From Squalus acanthias (Eukaryota): 64,000 nucleotides of DNA. The notes under the pieces were generated by a model. The model did no database searches. It saw nothing but the letters and a program-made list of their open reading frames with translations, and was not told the origin of the DNA. The translations under genes were made by a program, and so were the position numbers. The DNA is taken from NCBI GenBank assembly GCA_030390025.1, contig JASTWF010000362.1:310001-374000 (forward strand), read 5' to 3'. Positions 23,625 through 36,929 of this stretch are shown here, in pieces; positions within the stretch are counted from its first letter, which is position 1; each line of letters starts with the position of its first letter.

Positions 23625-24890
23625 AACTCTCTTGTGACCTCCTTAAACTTCAGCTCATCCAAAACTCTGCTGCCCCCGTGTCCTAACTCGCACCAAGTCC
23701 CGTTCACCCATCACCCCCTGTGCTCACTGGCCTACATTGCCTCCCGGTCCGGCAACGCCTCGATTTTAACAATTCTCCATCCTTATTTTCGAATCCCTCC
23801 ATGGCCTCGCCCCTCCCTATCTCTGTAACCTCCTCCAGCCCGACAACCCTCAGAGATCTCTGCGCTCCTCCAATTCTGGCCTCTTGCGCATCCCTGATTT
23901 TAATCGCTCCATCATTGGCGGCCATGCCTTCAGCTGCTTGGACCCTGAGCTCTGGAATTCCCTCCCTGAACAGTTTTCTCCCTCCCAAGAAAGGAGGGAG
24001 AGAGAAAACCGGGAATGACAGGCCAGTTAGCCTGACATCAGTTGTTGGGAAAATGCTGGAATCCATTATTAAGGAAGTGGTAACAGGGCACTTAGAAAAT
24101 CTTAATATGATTAGGCAGAGTCAACATGGTTTTATGAAAGGTAAATCATGTTTGACCAATTTATTAGAGTTTTTTGAGGATGTAACTAGCAGGGTAGATA
24201 AAGGGGAACCAGTAGATGTAGTATATTTGGATTTCCAAAAGGCATTTGATAAGGTGCCACATAAAAGGTTGCTATGCAAGATAAGGGCTCATGGGGTTGG
24301 GGGTAATATATTCGCATGGATAGAGGATTGGTTAACGGACAGAAAACAGACAGCAGGGATAGATGGGTCATTTTTAGGTTGGCAGGCTGTAACTAGTGGG
24401 GTGCCGCAAGGATCAGAGTTGGGGCCTCAACTATTTACAATCTATATTAATGACCTAGATTAAGGGACCGAGTGCAAAGTATCCAGGTTTGCTGATGACA
24501 CAAAGCTGGGTGGGACAGTGAGGAGGACACAGAGAGTCTGCAAAGGGATATAGATAGACTAAGTGAGTGGACAGATAGGTGGCAGATGGAGTATAATGTG
24601 GGGAAATGTGAGGTTATTCACTTTGGTAGGAAGAATATAATATTTTTTAAATGGTGAGAAACTTTCAAATGTTGGTGTTCAGAGAGATTTGGGTGTCCTC
24701 GTGCAAGAAACACAGAGCTAGCATGCAGGTAGAGCAAGAAATAGGAAGGCAAATGGCATGTTGGCCTTTATTGCAAGGGGGTTTGGAGTATAAGAGTAAG
24801 GAAGTCTTGCTACAATTGTACAGGGCCTTGGTGAGACCACACCTGGAGTACTGTGCACAGTTTTGGTCTCCTGATCTGAGGAAGGGTATA
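23625..24890 (+). mobile_element. L2 fragment followed by degenerate CR1 RT fragment
   Basis: RPVSLTSVVGKMLE, QHGFMKGKSCLTNL, DFQKAFDKV motifs. Confidence 0.88.
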
Positions 24891-25467
24891 CCGCAGCGAA
24901 GGTTCAGCGGCTGGGATTGCGGCAACTTGGAGGCGGGATCTACATTTAAACTTTAACCCCTTGCCGACCCTTTCCTGCCCGTCGGGGGGTGGGGGGGATG
25001 CCGGGGTTAAATTGAGGCCCACACGTTTGAACAGTGGAATCCCCCAGCATCGATGTAGGGGGGGTTTAATCGGTGATTTTAGGGCCTACATCACACTGAC
25101 GTCCCGGAAACCTGTAGCGGTTACTCTGAGTGTCGGGTTCGAGCTGGAGTCGGGTGAAATTCACTCCAGCCCAGGGTAGCTTGAGCCTGGAGCCGAGGTG
25201 CATGCCCTCCGCCCCCCCCCGCCCCCCGTGTCCTGTCAACATATACCAGACCCAGATTGTCAGCCCTGCTGTGAGCGTTCAACCCAACAGAGGCAGCTGT
25301 GCTAATCGGCCTGTGCTGAGCCTGGATTATGTCACCGAGCTTCCTGCAGATCTGGCTCTAGTGCAGAGTAAGTGGCCTTTGATCCCCAATTAACCATAAG
25401 GACAGGATGTGTCGGCTCCACCGCTCCAGGGACTTGAGCTCAGAATCCAGGCTGACGCTCCCAGCGC

Positions 25468-26225
25468 AGTACTGAGGGAGCACGGCACTGTCGGAGGGGC
25501 AGTACTGAGGGAGCACGGCACTGTCGGAGGGGCAGTACTGAGGGAGCACGGCACTGTCGGAGGGGCAGTACTGAGGGAGCACGGCACTGTCGGAGGGGCA
25601 GTGCTGAGGGAGCACGGCACTGTCGGAGGGGCAGTGCTGAGGGAGAGCCGCACTGTCGGAGGGGCAATACTGAGGGAGCACGGCACTGTCGGAGGGGCAG
25701 TGCTGAGGGAGCGCTGCACTGTCGGAGGGGCAGTGCTGAGGGAACGCTGCACTGTCGGAGGGGCAGTGCTGAGGGAGCGCTGCACTGTCGGAGGGGCAAT
25801 ACTGAGGGAGCACGGCACTGTCGGAGGGGCAGTGCTGAGGGAGCGCTGCACTGTCGGAGGGGCAGTGCTGAGGGAGCGCTGCACTGTCGGAGGGGCAATA
25901 CTGAGGGAGCACGGCACTGTCGGAGGGGCAGTGCTGGCGAGGAGCGCTGCACTGTCGGAGGGGCAATACTGAGGGAGCACGGCACTGTCGGAGGGGCAGT
26001 GCTGAGGGAGCGCTGCACTGTCGGAGGGGCAGTGCTGAGGGAACGCTGCACTGTCGGAGGGGCAGTGCTGAGGGAGCGCTGCACTGTCGGAGGGGCAGTG
26101 CTGAGGGAGCGCTGCACTGTCGGAGGGGCAGTACTGAGGGAGTGCCGCACTGTCGGAGGGGCAGTGCTGAGGGAGCGCTGCACTGTCGGAGGGGCAATAC
26201 TGAGGGAGCGCCGCACTGTCGGAGG
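25468..26225 (+). repeat. 33-bp minisatellite expanded from a Deu-SINE internal segment
   Basis: Unit GCAGTGCTGAGGGAGCGCTGCACTGTCGGAGGG, continuous with SINE sequence upstream. Confidence 0.92.
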
Positions 26226-26518
26226 AGACCTGCATTTCTACAGCACCCTTTCACCACCTCAGGATGTCCCAAAGCGCTTTACAGCCAATGAAGTACTTTT
26301 TGACGTGTAGTCACTGTTGTAATGTAGGAAACGCGGCAGCCAATTTGCGCACAGCAAGCTCCCACAAACAGCAATGTGATAATGACCAGATCATCTGCTT
26401 TGTTAAAGTGATGTCAGCTGAGGGATAAACAATGGCCCCAGGACACTGCGGTAACTCTCTGCTCCTCTTCTAGCTGTTTTGTATCAGCTGCAAATCCCCT
26501 CGTCTCTCAGGCCTTGAG

Positions 26519-26990
26519 CATAGGGACAGGAGGAGGCCATTCAGCCCCTCGAGCCTGTTACCATAGGAACAGGAGGAGGCCATTCAGCCCCTCGAGCCTG
26601 TTACCATAGGAACAGGAGGAGGCCATTCAGCCCCTTGGGCCTGTTACCATAGGAACAGGAGGAGGCCATTCAGCCCCTCGAGCCTGTTACCATAAGGAGG
26701 AGGCCATTCAGCCCCTTGAGCCTGTTACCATAGGAACAGGAGGAGGCCATTCAGCCCCTTGAGCCTGTTACCATAGGAACAGGAGGAGGCCATTCAGCCC
26801 CTCGAGCCTGTTACCATAGGAACAGGAGGAGGCCATTCAGCCCCTTGAGCCTGTTACCATAGGAACAGGAGGAGGCCATTCAGCCCCTCGAGCCTGTTAC
26901 CATAGGAACAGGAGGAGGCCATTCAGCCCCTTGAGCCTGTTACCATAGGAACAGAAGGAGGCCCATTCAGCCCCTCCGAGCCTGTTCCAC
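26519..26990 (-). repeat. 43-bp minisatellite from a CR1 3' terminus
   Basis: Unit ATAGGAACAGGAGGAGGCCATTCAGCCCCTCGAGCCTGTTACC, about 11 copies, runs into CR1 3'UTR sequence. Confidence 0.9.
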
Positions 26991-29614
26991 CATTCAGTGA
27001 GATCATGGCAGTCGGTCATCAGGAGCCACTTCCCTAATCTGTCCAAGAATTTATTTTTCGATTTGGGCGAGCGAGATGAGGGTGGTGGTCTCCTGAATCT
27101 TTCTGGGATAACGCTAGCGGATATTAAGATTCCCACGCAGCAGGGGAAACAAGTGAAGCACAAAAGGGTAAATACTTGAAGGAGAAAAAATTGCAGGGCT
27201 ATGGAGAAAGAGCCGGGGAGTGGGACTAACTGGATTGCTCTTCGAAAGAGCCGGCGCAGACTCGATGGGCTGAATGGCTTCCTTCTGTGTTGTACTATTC
27301 TATAAATCACATATAATGACCAAATAAACTGTTTTTAGTGATAAATATTGGCCAGGACACCGGGGAGAACTTCCCTGCTCTTCTTTGAAATAGTGCCATG
27401 TGATCTTTTACATCCACCTGAGAGAGCAGACGGGGCCTCGGTTTAACGTCTTATCCGAAAGACGGCACCTCTGGCAGTGTTGCACTCCCTCAGCACTGCA
27501 CTGGGAGTGTCAGCCTAGCTTTATGTGCTCAAGTCTCTGGAGTGGGACTTGAACCCACAGCCTTCTGACTCGGAGGGGAGAGAGTGCTGCCCACTGAGCC
27601 ACAGCTGAGGCAATAATTTGATATCGCGCAGATCCCACCACGTGACTTTAGTTGAACTACTTGGCAGCATCGGCCTCTGTCCTTCCAGGTGTGCTCCAGA
27701 AAGTAAATGGGGATGTTTTGGGGGCGGGGGGGCAAGGAGGAATCGCCTGGATCTGTGATCCCCATTTACTTGTAGATCTCCTGACACGAAAAGATCAAAA
27801 TAAAGCCGCCACAAACTCTTGCATTTTCATGAGAATTTGCTTTGTAAATTTTTTTTAAGAGTAGTCAAAACACAAACACGCCCAGTCTCCTTACCTCAGT
27901 GTTGTAAAAGTGCAGACGGGGCACTCGTCCAGAGTAAGTGGAATTTGATTCTTAATTAAGCGTAAGGACAGTCTGTGGCAGGAAGTGTCTGCTGCACCAC
28001 TCCAGAGACTGCCAGTGAATGCAGCTTGGACCGAGGTGAACAAAACCTCTCTCCACTTCTCTCCTCCCCTTCTCCCTATTGTCTCAGTCCATGCCCGCAT
28101 GCAGCAAGACCTGGACGACATTCAGGCTTGGGCTGATAAGTGCCAGTTAACATTCGCGCCACAGAAGTGCCAGGCAATGACCATCTCCAACAAGCGAGCG
28201 TCTAACCACCGCCCCTTGACATTCAACGGCATTACCATCGCCGAATCCCCCACCATCAACATCCTGGGGGTCACCATTGACCAGAAACTTAACTGGACCA
28301 GCCACATAAATACTGTGGCAACAAGAGCAGGTCAGAGGCTGGGTATTCTGCTGCGAGTGTCTCACCTCCTGACTCCCCAAAGCCTTTCCACCATCTACAA
28401 GGCATCGTCACTGGGTCAAAATCCTGGAACTCCCTCCCTAACAGCACTGTGGGAGTACCTTCACCACATGGACTGCAGCGGTTCAAGAAGGCGGCTCACC
28501 ACCACCTTTCAAGGGCAATTAGGGATGGGCAATAAATGCTGGCCTTGCCAGCGACGCCCACATCCAGTAAACGAATAAAAAGAAACTCTGTGTGTGCTGT
28601 GCCAGATGCTGTGCTGGGCCCCACTGCCACCGGGGCTCGGACTGATGCCACACAGGGATCTTTGATCTCCAGTGCTCGGAATGAGATGCTGAGCGGGCTG
28701 AGCGGGCTGATCGGGCTGTGGTAGCCCAGCGTAGAAAGATGCGACAATGACTGTGCTTTGAGTGGAGCTTGTGAAAGGCCAGGTGTTGCATTACCTGAAG
28801 TATCGCCTTGTGAGTCCTGAATAAAACACTTTATCATAGAATCTTACAGCACAGGAGGAGGCCATTCGGCCCATTGTGCCTGTGCCGGCTCTTTGAAAGA
28901 GCTCTCCAACTAGTCCCACTCTCCCTGCTCTTTCCCCATAGCCCTGCACATTTTTTCCTTTTTACGCGAGTATCTAATTCCCTTTTGAAAGTCACTATTG
29001 AATCTGCTTCCACGCCCTTTCAGGCAGCGCATTCCAGATCACAACAACTCGCTGCGTAGAGAAAAAAATCTGCTCATCTCATCTCTGGGTCTTTTGCCAA
29101 TTACCTTAAATGTGTCTCCTCTGGTTACCGACCCTCCTGCCACTGGAAACAGTTTCTCCTTATTTACTTTGTTAAAACCCTTCATAATTTTGAACGCCTC
29201 TATCAAATCTCCCCTTAACCTTCTCTGCTGTAAGGAGAACAATCCCAATGTCTTTACCACAGTCTTTTTGCTGAATCTGATTCCTTTAAAGTTCTGGATC
29301 TCTGTCCTCCTTCTGTCCTTCTTCATTGAAAGAAATTGGTGCCGATCCCTGTATTGCGTTGTGTGGTGATCAGCATTAATCTGCGGTGGAGATTTTAGTT
29401 GAAGTGGTAGATAATTTGGTCCGAGGGTCGGTGTTAAACCTGATTGGGACCCTCTTGGATTCCTCTTGTTGATTTTTTAAAAAATGAAATGCTCCTGCGC
29501 TTCTAACCTGACTGGGATCGGTTTGTTGGACGAGGGGACGGTGGTTGGTGCCCATGTATCAGATCGGTGTTACACAGGCCTCATTATGGAAACTCCTCCA
29601 AGGCTTGTTTGCAA

Positions 29615-30080
29615 TGTCTCAGCCGTGGCTCAGTGGGCAGCACCCTCGCCTCTGAGTCAGAAGGTTGTGTGTTCATGTCCCACTCCAGAGACTTTAGCCC
29701 ATAATCCAGGCTGACACTCCAGTGCAGTGCTGAGGGAGTGCTGCACTGTCGGAGGTGCCGTCTTTCGGATGAGACATTAAACCGAGGCCCCATCTGCTCT
29801 CTCGGGTGGATGTAAAAGATCCCACAGCTACTATTTGAAGAAGAGCAGGGGAGTTATCCCCGGTGTCCTGACCAATATTTATCCCTCAACCAACATCACC
29901 AAAAACAGATTATCTGTTCATTATCTCATTGCTGTTTGCGGGAGCTTGCTGTGCGCAAATTGGCTGCCGCATTTCCTACATTACAACAGTGACTACACTT
30001 CAAAAGTACTTCATTGGCTGTAAAGCGCTTTGGGACGTCCTGAGGTTGTGAAAGGCGCTATAGAAATGCAAGCCTTTCTT
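29615..30080 (+). mobile_element. Full-length Deu-SINE
   Basis: A/B-box head, Deu core, AAAGGCGCTATAGAAATGCAAG tail. Confidence 0.85.
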
Positions 30081-30220
30081 TTTATCTTCAGTTCTAGAAT
30101 GAACTAGACGGATTATAAGGACAGACTTTGTGCAGGAATCGTGTGATTGACAGCTCGTGTACGGTGGAAATCGCCTGTTGCGTGTTTTTTCATTTTACAC
30201 TTAGTAACTCTCTCTTCCAG

Positions 30221-30287
30221 GAATTTCTGGAAGATCAGAAATATAAAGATGAAGAAAACCTGGCAGAAAATCTGGAATCTTTCAAAA
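30221..30287 (+). CDS. AIF1L: AIF1L exon 3
   Basis: ttccag|GAA...AAAA|gtaagt; EFLEDQKYKDEENLAENLESFK. Confidence 0.95.
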
Positions 30288-30384
30288 GTAAGTTACAGAA
30301 TATCCCCGTTGCCCCCGGTTATCCCCGTCAGTGCCAGTTACCTGGTCAGCCCTGGTTACTCTTACCATGTAAGGTGCTTCTGTT

Positions 30385-31180
30385 GCTGCTGGGTACCTCG
30401 GTGGGTGCTGGGTGCCCCTGTGGGTGCCGGGTACCTCAATGGGTGCCAGTGATTCCTGGGGGTGCTGGGTGCCCCTGTGGGTGCCGGGTACCTCGATGGG
30501 TGCCAGTGATTCCTGTGGGTGCTGGGTACCTCGATGGGTGCCAGTGATTCCTGTGGGGGCCGGGTACCCTTGTGGGTGCTGGGTACCTCGATGGGTGCCA
30601 GCGATTCCTGTGGGTGCCAGCTGCCCTTGTGGGTGCTGGGTACCTCGACGGGTGGCAGTGATTCCCGTGGGTGCTGGGTACCTCGATGGGTGCTGGGTAC
30701 CTCGATGGTTGCCAGTGATTCCTGTGGGTGCCGGGTGCCCTTGTGGGTGCTGGGTACCTCGATGGGTGCCAGTGATTCCTGTGGGTGCCGGGTGCCCTTG
30801 TGGGTGCTGGGTATCTTGATGGGTGCCAGTGATTCCTGTGGGTGCCAGGTGCCCCTGTGGGTGCTGGGTACCTTAATGGGTGCCAGTGATTCCTGTGGGT
30901 GCCGGGTGCCCCTGTGGGTGCTGGGTACCTCGATGGGTGCCAGTGATTCCTGTGGGTGCCGGGTGCCCCTGTGGGTGCTGGGTACCTCGATGGATGGCAG
31001 TGATTCCTGTGGGTGCCAGGTGCCCCTGTGGGTGCTGGGTACCTCGATGGGTGCCAGTGATTCCTGTGGGTGCTGGGTACCTCGATGGGTGCCAGTGATT
31101 CCTGTGGGTGCCAGGTGCCCCTGTGGGTGCTGGGTACCTCGATGGGTGGCAGTGATTCCTGTGGGTGCTGGGTGTCCCTT
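30385..31180 (+). repeat. ~58-bp GC-rich minisatellite
   Basis: GGGTGCTGGGTACCTCGATGGGTGCCAGTGATTCCTGT... repeated. Confidence 0.92.
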
Positions 31181-33544
31181 GGTGCTGAGCTGATACCTGA
31201 CTGAGTTGGATTCTGATCTGTGCTGGGTTTGTACATTGCTTGTTACACTAACGGGCCTGCTGACAATCTGCCAGTAAAATCCTTTCACAGCTACACAAAG
31301 GGCAGGCCACATTAACGCCTTGTGCTTTTCTCTCTCCCATTTACTTTACACAACCTCAAGCTTCAGGAAGTGTGGTTAAAATTCAATTACCCATCGCTGG
31401 TGATGGCGAACTCTTTACACTCTCGTTAATGGATCTTGCTGAGATGGAATGTGGAATTGATTGTCAGACTTGTAATAACAGACCTCAGTGGAATGGGACT
31501 GCCCTCTACATTATTTACAGCTTACAGTCAAATAAATCCCAGTGAAATGGCCACTTTATCTCCCTGAAGACTGGTAAGGAAGACGGCCCCTTAATCATAG
31601 AAGCATACAGCACAAGAGGAGGCCATTCAGCCCATCGTGCCTGTGCTGGCTCTTTGAAAGAGCTCTCCAATTAGTCCCACTCTCTGCTCTTTGCCCCTAG
31701 CCCTGCAAATTTTTCCTTTTCAAGTATTTATCCAATTCCCTTTTGAAAGTTACTATTGAATCTGCTTCCACCGCCCTTTCAGGCAGCGCATTCCAGATCA
31801 CAACAACTCGCTGCGTAAAAAACAATATTCTCCTCATCTCCCCTCTGGTTCTTGTGCCAATTACCTTAAAATCTGTGTCCTCTGGTTACCGACCCTCCTG
31901 CCACTGGAAACGGTTTCTCCTTATTTACTCTATCAGAACCCTTCATGATTTGTCAACACCTGTGTGGCAATTGCCCCTGATGTCCCCCTTCACCATCTGG
32001 ACAGTGTGATTGTTGGGTGGGAAGTCGTTGGGTGAATTGTCCCATCCCATCCCCCAAGATGTACAATTTAAAAAACAAATGATTCTTTTGGTGTGGGTGA
32101 CGGTGGCGAGGCTGGCATTGATTGCCCGCCCCTCGTTGCCCTTTGAGAAGGTGGTGGTGGGCCTTCCGCTCGAGCCGCTGCAGTCCGTGTGATGACGGCA
32201 CTCGGGTAGGGAATTCCCGGCTTCTGACCGATTGACGATGAAGGAACGGCAACGTATAACTCTCCGTTCCCGTGACTCTGGCCTCTTGCGCATCCCCGAT
32301 TTCCATTGGCCCAACTTTGGCGTCCGTACCTTCGGCTGCCCGGGTCCTAAGCTCTGCAAGTCCCTCCCTTAACCTCTCCGCCTCTCTCCCTTCCTTTCAG
32401 AGGCTCCTTAAAACCTGCCTCTTTGACCAAGCTTTTGGTCACCTGTCCTAATATCTCCTGATGTGGCTCGGTGTCAATTTTCTGTCTGATAATCGCTCCT
32501 GTGAAGCGCCTTGGGACGTTTTACTACGTTAAAGGCGCTGTATAAACGCACGTTGTTGTTGGATGCTATGGTGCTATGCCATGAAAACAGGCTGGGCAAA
32601 AGACTCGGCCGATTACTGGCTGTGACGAGGCGGCAATCATTTCAGCTGCTCGCGCGTCTGGTCAGCGTGGAGAGCTTGCCTCGCGCCACTTTACAGGGCG
32701 GTGACTTGGGTTGTACCCCAAGGCTCTGGGGTAGAAATCGCCATGCACTGCGCTGCGCCCCGTTTTTCAGGCATAAAGTGGGCGCGAGCGCACCAGTTGA
32801 GCGCTGGGACGTGCTACCTGCGCGGCCATTGGTCCCACCGCTAAATTCATGGCGTCTGGGGGGGGGAGGTTTTTTCGGCGCTTTAGGCGGACGTCCAAAA
32901 CGGACGTTGGGGCTCCATGTACACAGGTCACTACAGTGTAGTAGCCAGGTACAATTAGTAATCAAAGGCTAATGGACTGTTAACCCTTATAGCTCGAGGG
33001 CTAGAATATAAAGGGGAGGAAGTCTGTCTTTCTTTTACAAAGCCCTGGTTTTTAAAAAAGAAAGACTTGCATTTCTATAGCGCCTTTCACGACCTCAGGA
33101 CGCCCCAAAGCGCTTTACAGCCAATGAAATACTTTTTGAAGTGGAGTCACTGTTGTGATGTCGGAAACGCGGCAGCCAATTTGCGCACAGCAATATCCCA
33201 CAAACAGTAATCTGATAATGACCAGATCATCTGTTTTATTTGAGGGATAAATATTGGCCAGGACACCGGGGATAACTCCCCTGCTCTTCTTTGAAACAGT
33301 GCCGTGGGATCTTTACACTAATTGCTGCTGTGGAATAGAGTGAAACAGAATGGACCTCAACCATTCCAGCCCAGTGGTGAAAGGGAATATCTGAGCCCTT
33401 TGATTCAGCGGTCTGAGTGTTTGCATGATAAAAAGCAGCTTAGACCCGCAATACACTGACACAATGAGCTCCCTCTCTTACAAGCAAAGTCTGTGGCTAT
33501 TTTGTTTTTCTCCTCCCTCCCTCCCTCCCTCTCGCTCTCTCTCT

Positions 33545-34232
33545 CTCACACACACACACACAGACACACAGACACACACACACACAGACACACAGAGACA
33601 CAGACACACACAGACACACACACACAGACAAAGACACACACACACAGACACACACACACACAGACACACACAGACACACACACACACAGACACAGACACA
33701 CACACAGACACAGACACACACACACACAGACACACACACACACACAGACACACACAGACAAAGACACACACAGAGACAGACAGAAACAGATACACACACA
33801 TACACACACACACACAAACAGACACATACACACAGACAGAAACAGATACACACACGTGCACACACACACACACACACACAGACACATACACACACAAACA
33901 GACACACACACACATACACACACACACATACACACATACACACACACACACACATACACACATACACACACACAGACACACACACACACATACACACACA
34001 CAGACACACACACACACGCACACACACACAAACAGACACACATACACACACACACACATACACACACACACATACACACACACACACACACAAACAGACA
34101 CACATACACACACACACACATACACACACACACACATACACACATACACACACACAGACACAGACACACACACACACATACACACACACAGACAAAGACA
34201 CACGCGTGCGCGCGCACACACACACACACACA
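33545..34232 (+). repeat. (CA/GACA/TACA)n compound microsatellite
   Basis: Direct inspection. Confidence 0.95.
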
Positions 34233-34851
34233 CTCAGAGAGGCCATGTTCCTAACCCATAAGCAGGCGATTTCATGGTGAGCAGGTCAGCGAGCGGTTTG
34301 TGGGAGAAGTCTAACGGAGGGAGAGGGTGTGGGGGGTGTTTTGTCCAAAGGGGAAGTGTCCTGTGAGGGTTTGGAAAGGAAATGTTTGTGCTCTCAGCAT
34401 GGTGCGGGCTTGTTAATGGTGACTGTCGAGGGTCTGGCGGAGGTGGGGCTGTTTGTAATTTGATTGTGAAATGAGGCTGCGATTCCGGTCCAGACTCTCG
34501 GTGTAAGACACGTCCTTCACTCTTTACCATAGTCTTTCCACATGTCCTTGACTCCGCAGTTTCCTGCATTAAGGTTTGTCGATATGAAACACCCTGGTTC
34601 ACCCCTCCCCCGGTGTTCCTGACGGTGATTCCGGATGTCCAGAGTGGGGGGGTGTGATCCATTCCCTAGCCCTTGCCCAGTGTCCCTCAGCCCACCGTTA
34701 CAATGTTTGGACGAGGTGCCAATCTTGGCATGCTCCGCAATATGGGCGTCGCTGGCAAGGCCGGCATTTATTGCCCGTCCCCACCTGCCCTTCAGAAGGT
34801 GGTGACGATGAGGCTCCTCCTTGAACCGCTGCAGTCTGTGTGGTGAATGCT

Positions 34852-35490
34852 TCATCACAAAGACCGCCTATTTCCACCTCCGTAACATCGCCCGTCTCCG
34901 CCCCTGCCTCAGCTCATCTGCTGCTGAAACCCTCATCCATGCCCCTGTTACCTCTAGACTTGACTATTCCAACGCACTCCTGGCTGGCCTCCCACATTCC
35001 ACCCTACGTAAACTTGAGCTCATCCAAAACTTACTGCTCGTGTTCCTAACTCACACCAAGTCCCGTTCACCCATCACCCCTGTGCTCGCTGACCTACATT
35101 GGCTCCCGGTCCGGCAACACCACGATTTTAAAATTCTCATCCTTGTTGTCAAATCCCTCCATGGCCTCGCCCCTCCCGCTCTCTGTAACCTCCTCCAGCT
35201 CCACAACCCCCCGAGATCTCTGCGCTCCTCTAATTCTGGCCTCTTGTGCATCCCCGATTTTAATCGCTCCCCCATTGGTGGCCGTGCCTTCAGCTGCCTA
35301 AACCTCTCCGCCTCTCTCTCCTCCTTTTAAGACGCTCCTTAAAACCTACCTCTTTGAACCAAGCTTTTGGTCACTTGCCCTAATTTCTCCTTATGTGGCT
35401 CGGTGTCAAATTTAGTTTGATAATCGCTCCTGTGAAGCGCCTGGGCTGTTTTACTGCTTTAAAGGCGCTCTATAAATACAAGTCATTGTT
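34852..35490 (+). mobile_element. L2 LINE 3' fragment
   Basis: [15 protein letters not shown]...[15 protein letters not shown]...LHWLPV. Confidence 0.88.
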
Positions 35491-35649
35491 GATGATTATT
35501 TCAATGATTCAAGACTCATTCTGTTCCGAGTTCAGTCCTTTTACAGAACGCTGTAAACCCACAATCAGTTCATTGGTGATTATGTTGTTGTTGTTCTTGG
35601 TCTTTGAGTACGTCGAGATTTGTCTTATCTTATTTATCTCTTCTTGCAG

Positions 35650-35691
35650 AGAAGTACGTGGAATTTGATCTCAACGACCAAGGTGACATTG
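35650..35691 (+). CDS. AIF1L: AIF1L exon 4 (EF-hand loop)
   Basis: ttgcag|AG...ATTG|gtgagt; KYVEFDLNDQGDI, cf. human KYMEFDLNNEGEI. Confidence 0.95.
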
Positions 35692-36254
35692 GTGAGTCCC
35701 GGGATATAACATGCACAGAGCGACCCGATAAGCTCGTTATCGGAGATTGAAGTGACATTGAGTGCAATGTGACTATTCCTCCTGCCAGTGCTGCTCCTGT
35801 CGTTCACTGTTTCAATTACAGTTTCAACCTGAAACAGTGAATCAGAGTTAACCTTTTCCATTCCACTCAGCATCATCCCCCGATAAACTCTCCCCTCGTT
35901 CACCTCCTTTCGAGGATAACAACAACAACAACAACATCTTGCATTTATCCAGCGCCTTTAACGTAGTAAAACGTCCCAAGGTGCTTCACAGGAGCGATTA
36001 TCAGACAAACAATTTGACACCGAACCACACCAGGAGATATTAGGACAGGTGACCAAAAGCTCGGTCAAAGAGGCAGGTTTTAAGGAGCGTCTTAAAGGAG
36101 GAGAGAGAGAGGCGGAGAGGTTTAGGGAGGGAATTCCAGAACTTGGGGCCTCGGCAGCTGAAGGCACGGCCGCCAATGGTGGGGTGATGGAAATCGGGGG
36201 ATGCGCAAGAGGCCAGAATTGGAGGAGCGCAGAGATCTAAGATGGTTGTAGGAG

Positions 36255-36600
36255 GTTACCGAGAATGGGGACGGTTGTAGGGCTGGAGGAGGTTACAGAG
36301 ATGGGGAGGGGTGTAGGGCTGGAAGAGGTTCCAGAGATGGGGAGGGTTGTAGGGCTGGAGGAGGTTACAGAGATGGGGAGGGTTGTAGGGCTGGAGGAGG
36401 TTCCAGAGATGGGGAGGGTTGTAGGGCTGGAGGAGGTTCCAGAGATGGGGAGGGTTGTAGGGCTGGAGGAGGTTCCAGAGATGGGGAGGGTTGTAGGGCT
36501 GGAGGAGGTTCCAGAGATGGGGAGGGTTGTAGGGCTGGAGGAGGTTCCAGAGATGGGGAGGGTTGTAGGGCTGGAGGAGGTTCCAGAGATGGGGAGGGGC
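36255..36600 (-). repeat. 36-bp minisatellite expanded within an L2 fragment (35920-36607)
   Basis: Unit GAGATGGGGAGGGTTGTAGGGCTGGAGGAGGTTCCA. Confidence 0.9.
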
Positions 36601-36929
36601 GAGGCCAAGTCTCAGTTTCTCATAATTCCCACTGACGGTAGGGACCCTCCTTGAGGCCTTTCTCTGCATTGCTTCTGAGGTTTGGATGTTGGGTAGTGGA
36701 AATCTGGAACACTCTCGCCTAAAAAGTTGTTGAGGCTGGGGATCAGTTGAAAATGTCAAAACTGAGATCGATAGATTTTTATTGGGTATTCAGGGATATG
36801 GAGCAAAGGCGGGTAAATGGAGTTGAGATACAGATCAGCCATGATCTCATTGAATGGCGGAACAGGCTCGAGGGGCTGAATGGCCTCCTCCGGTTCCTGT
36901 GTTCCTTCCTATATCTTCCTTGTGCTGGA

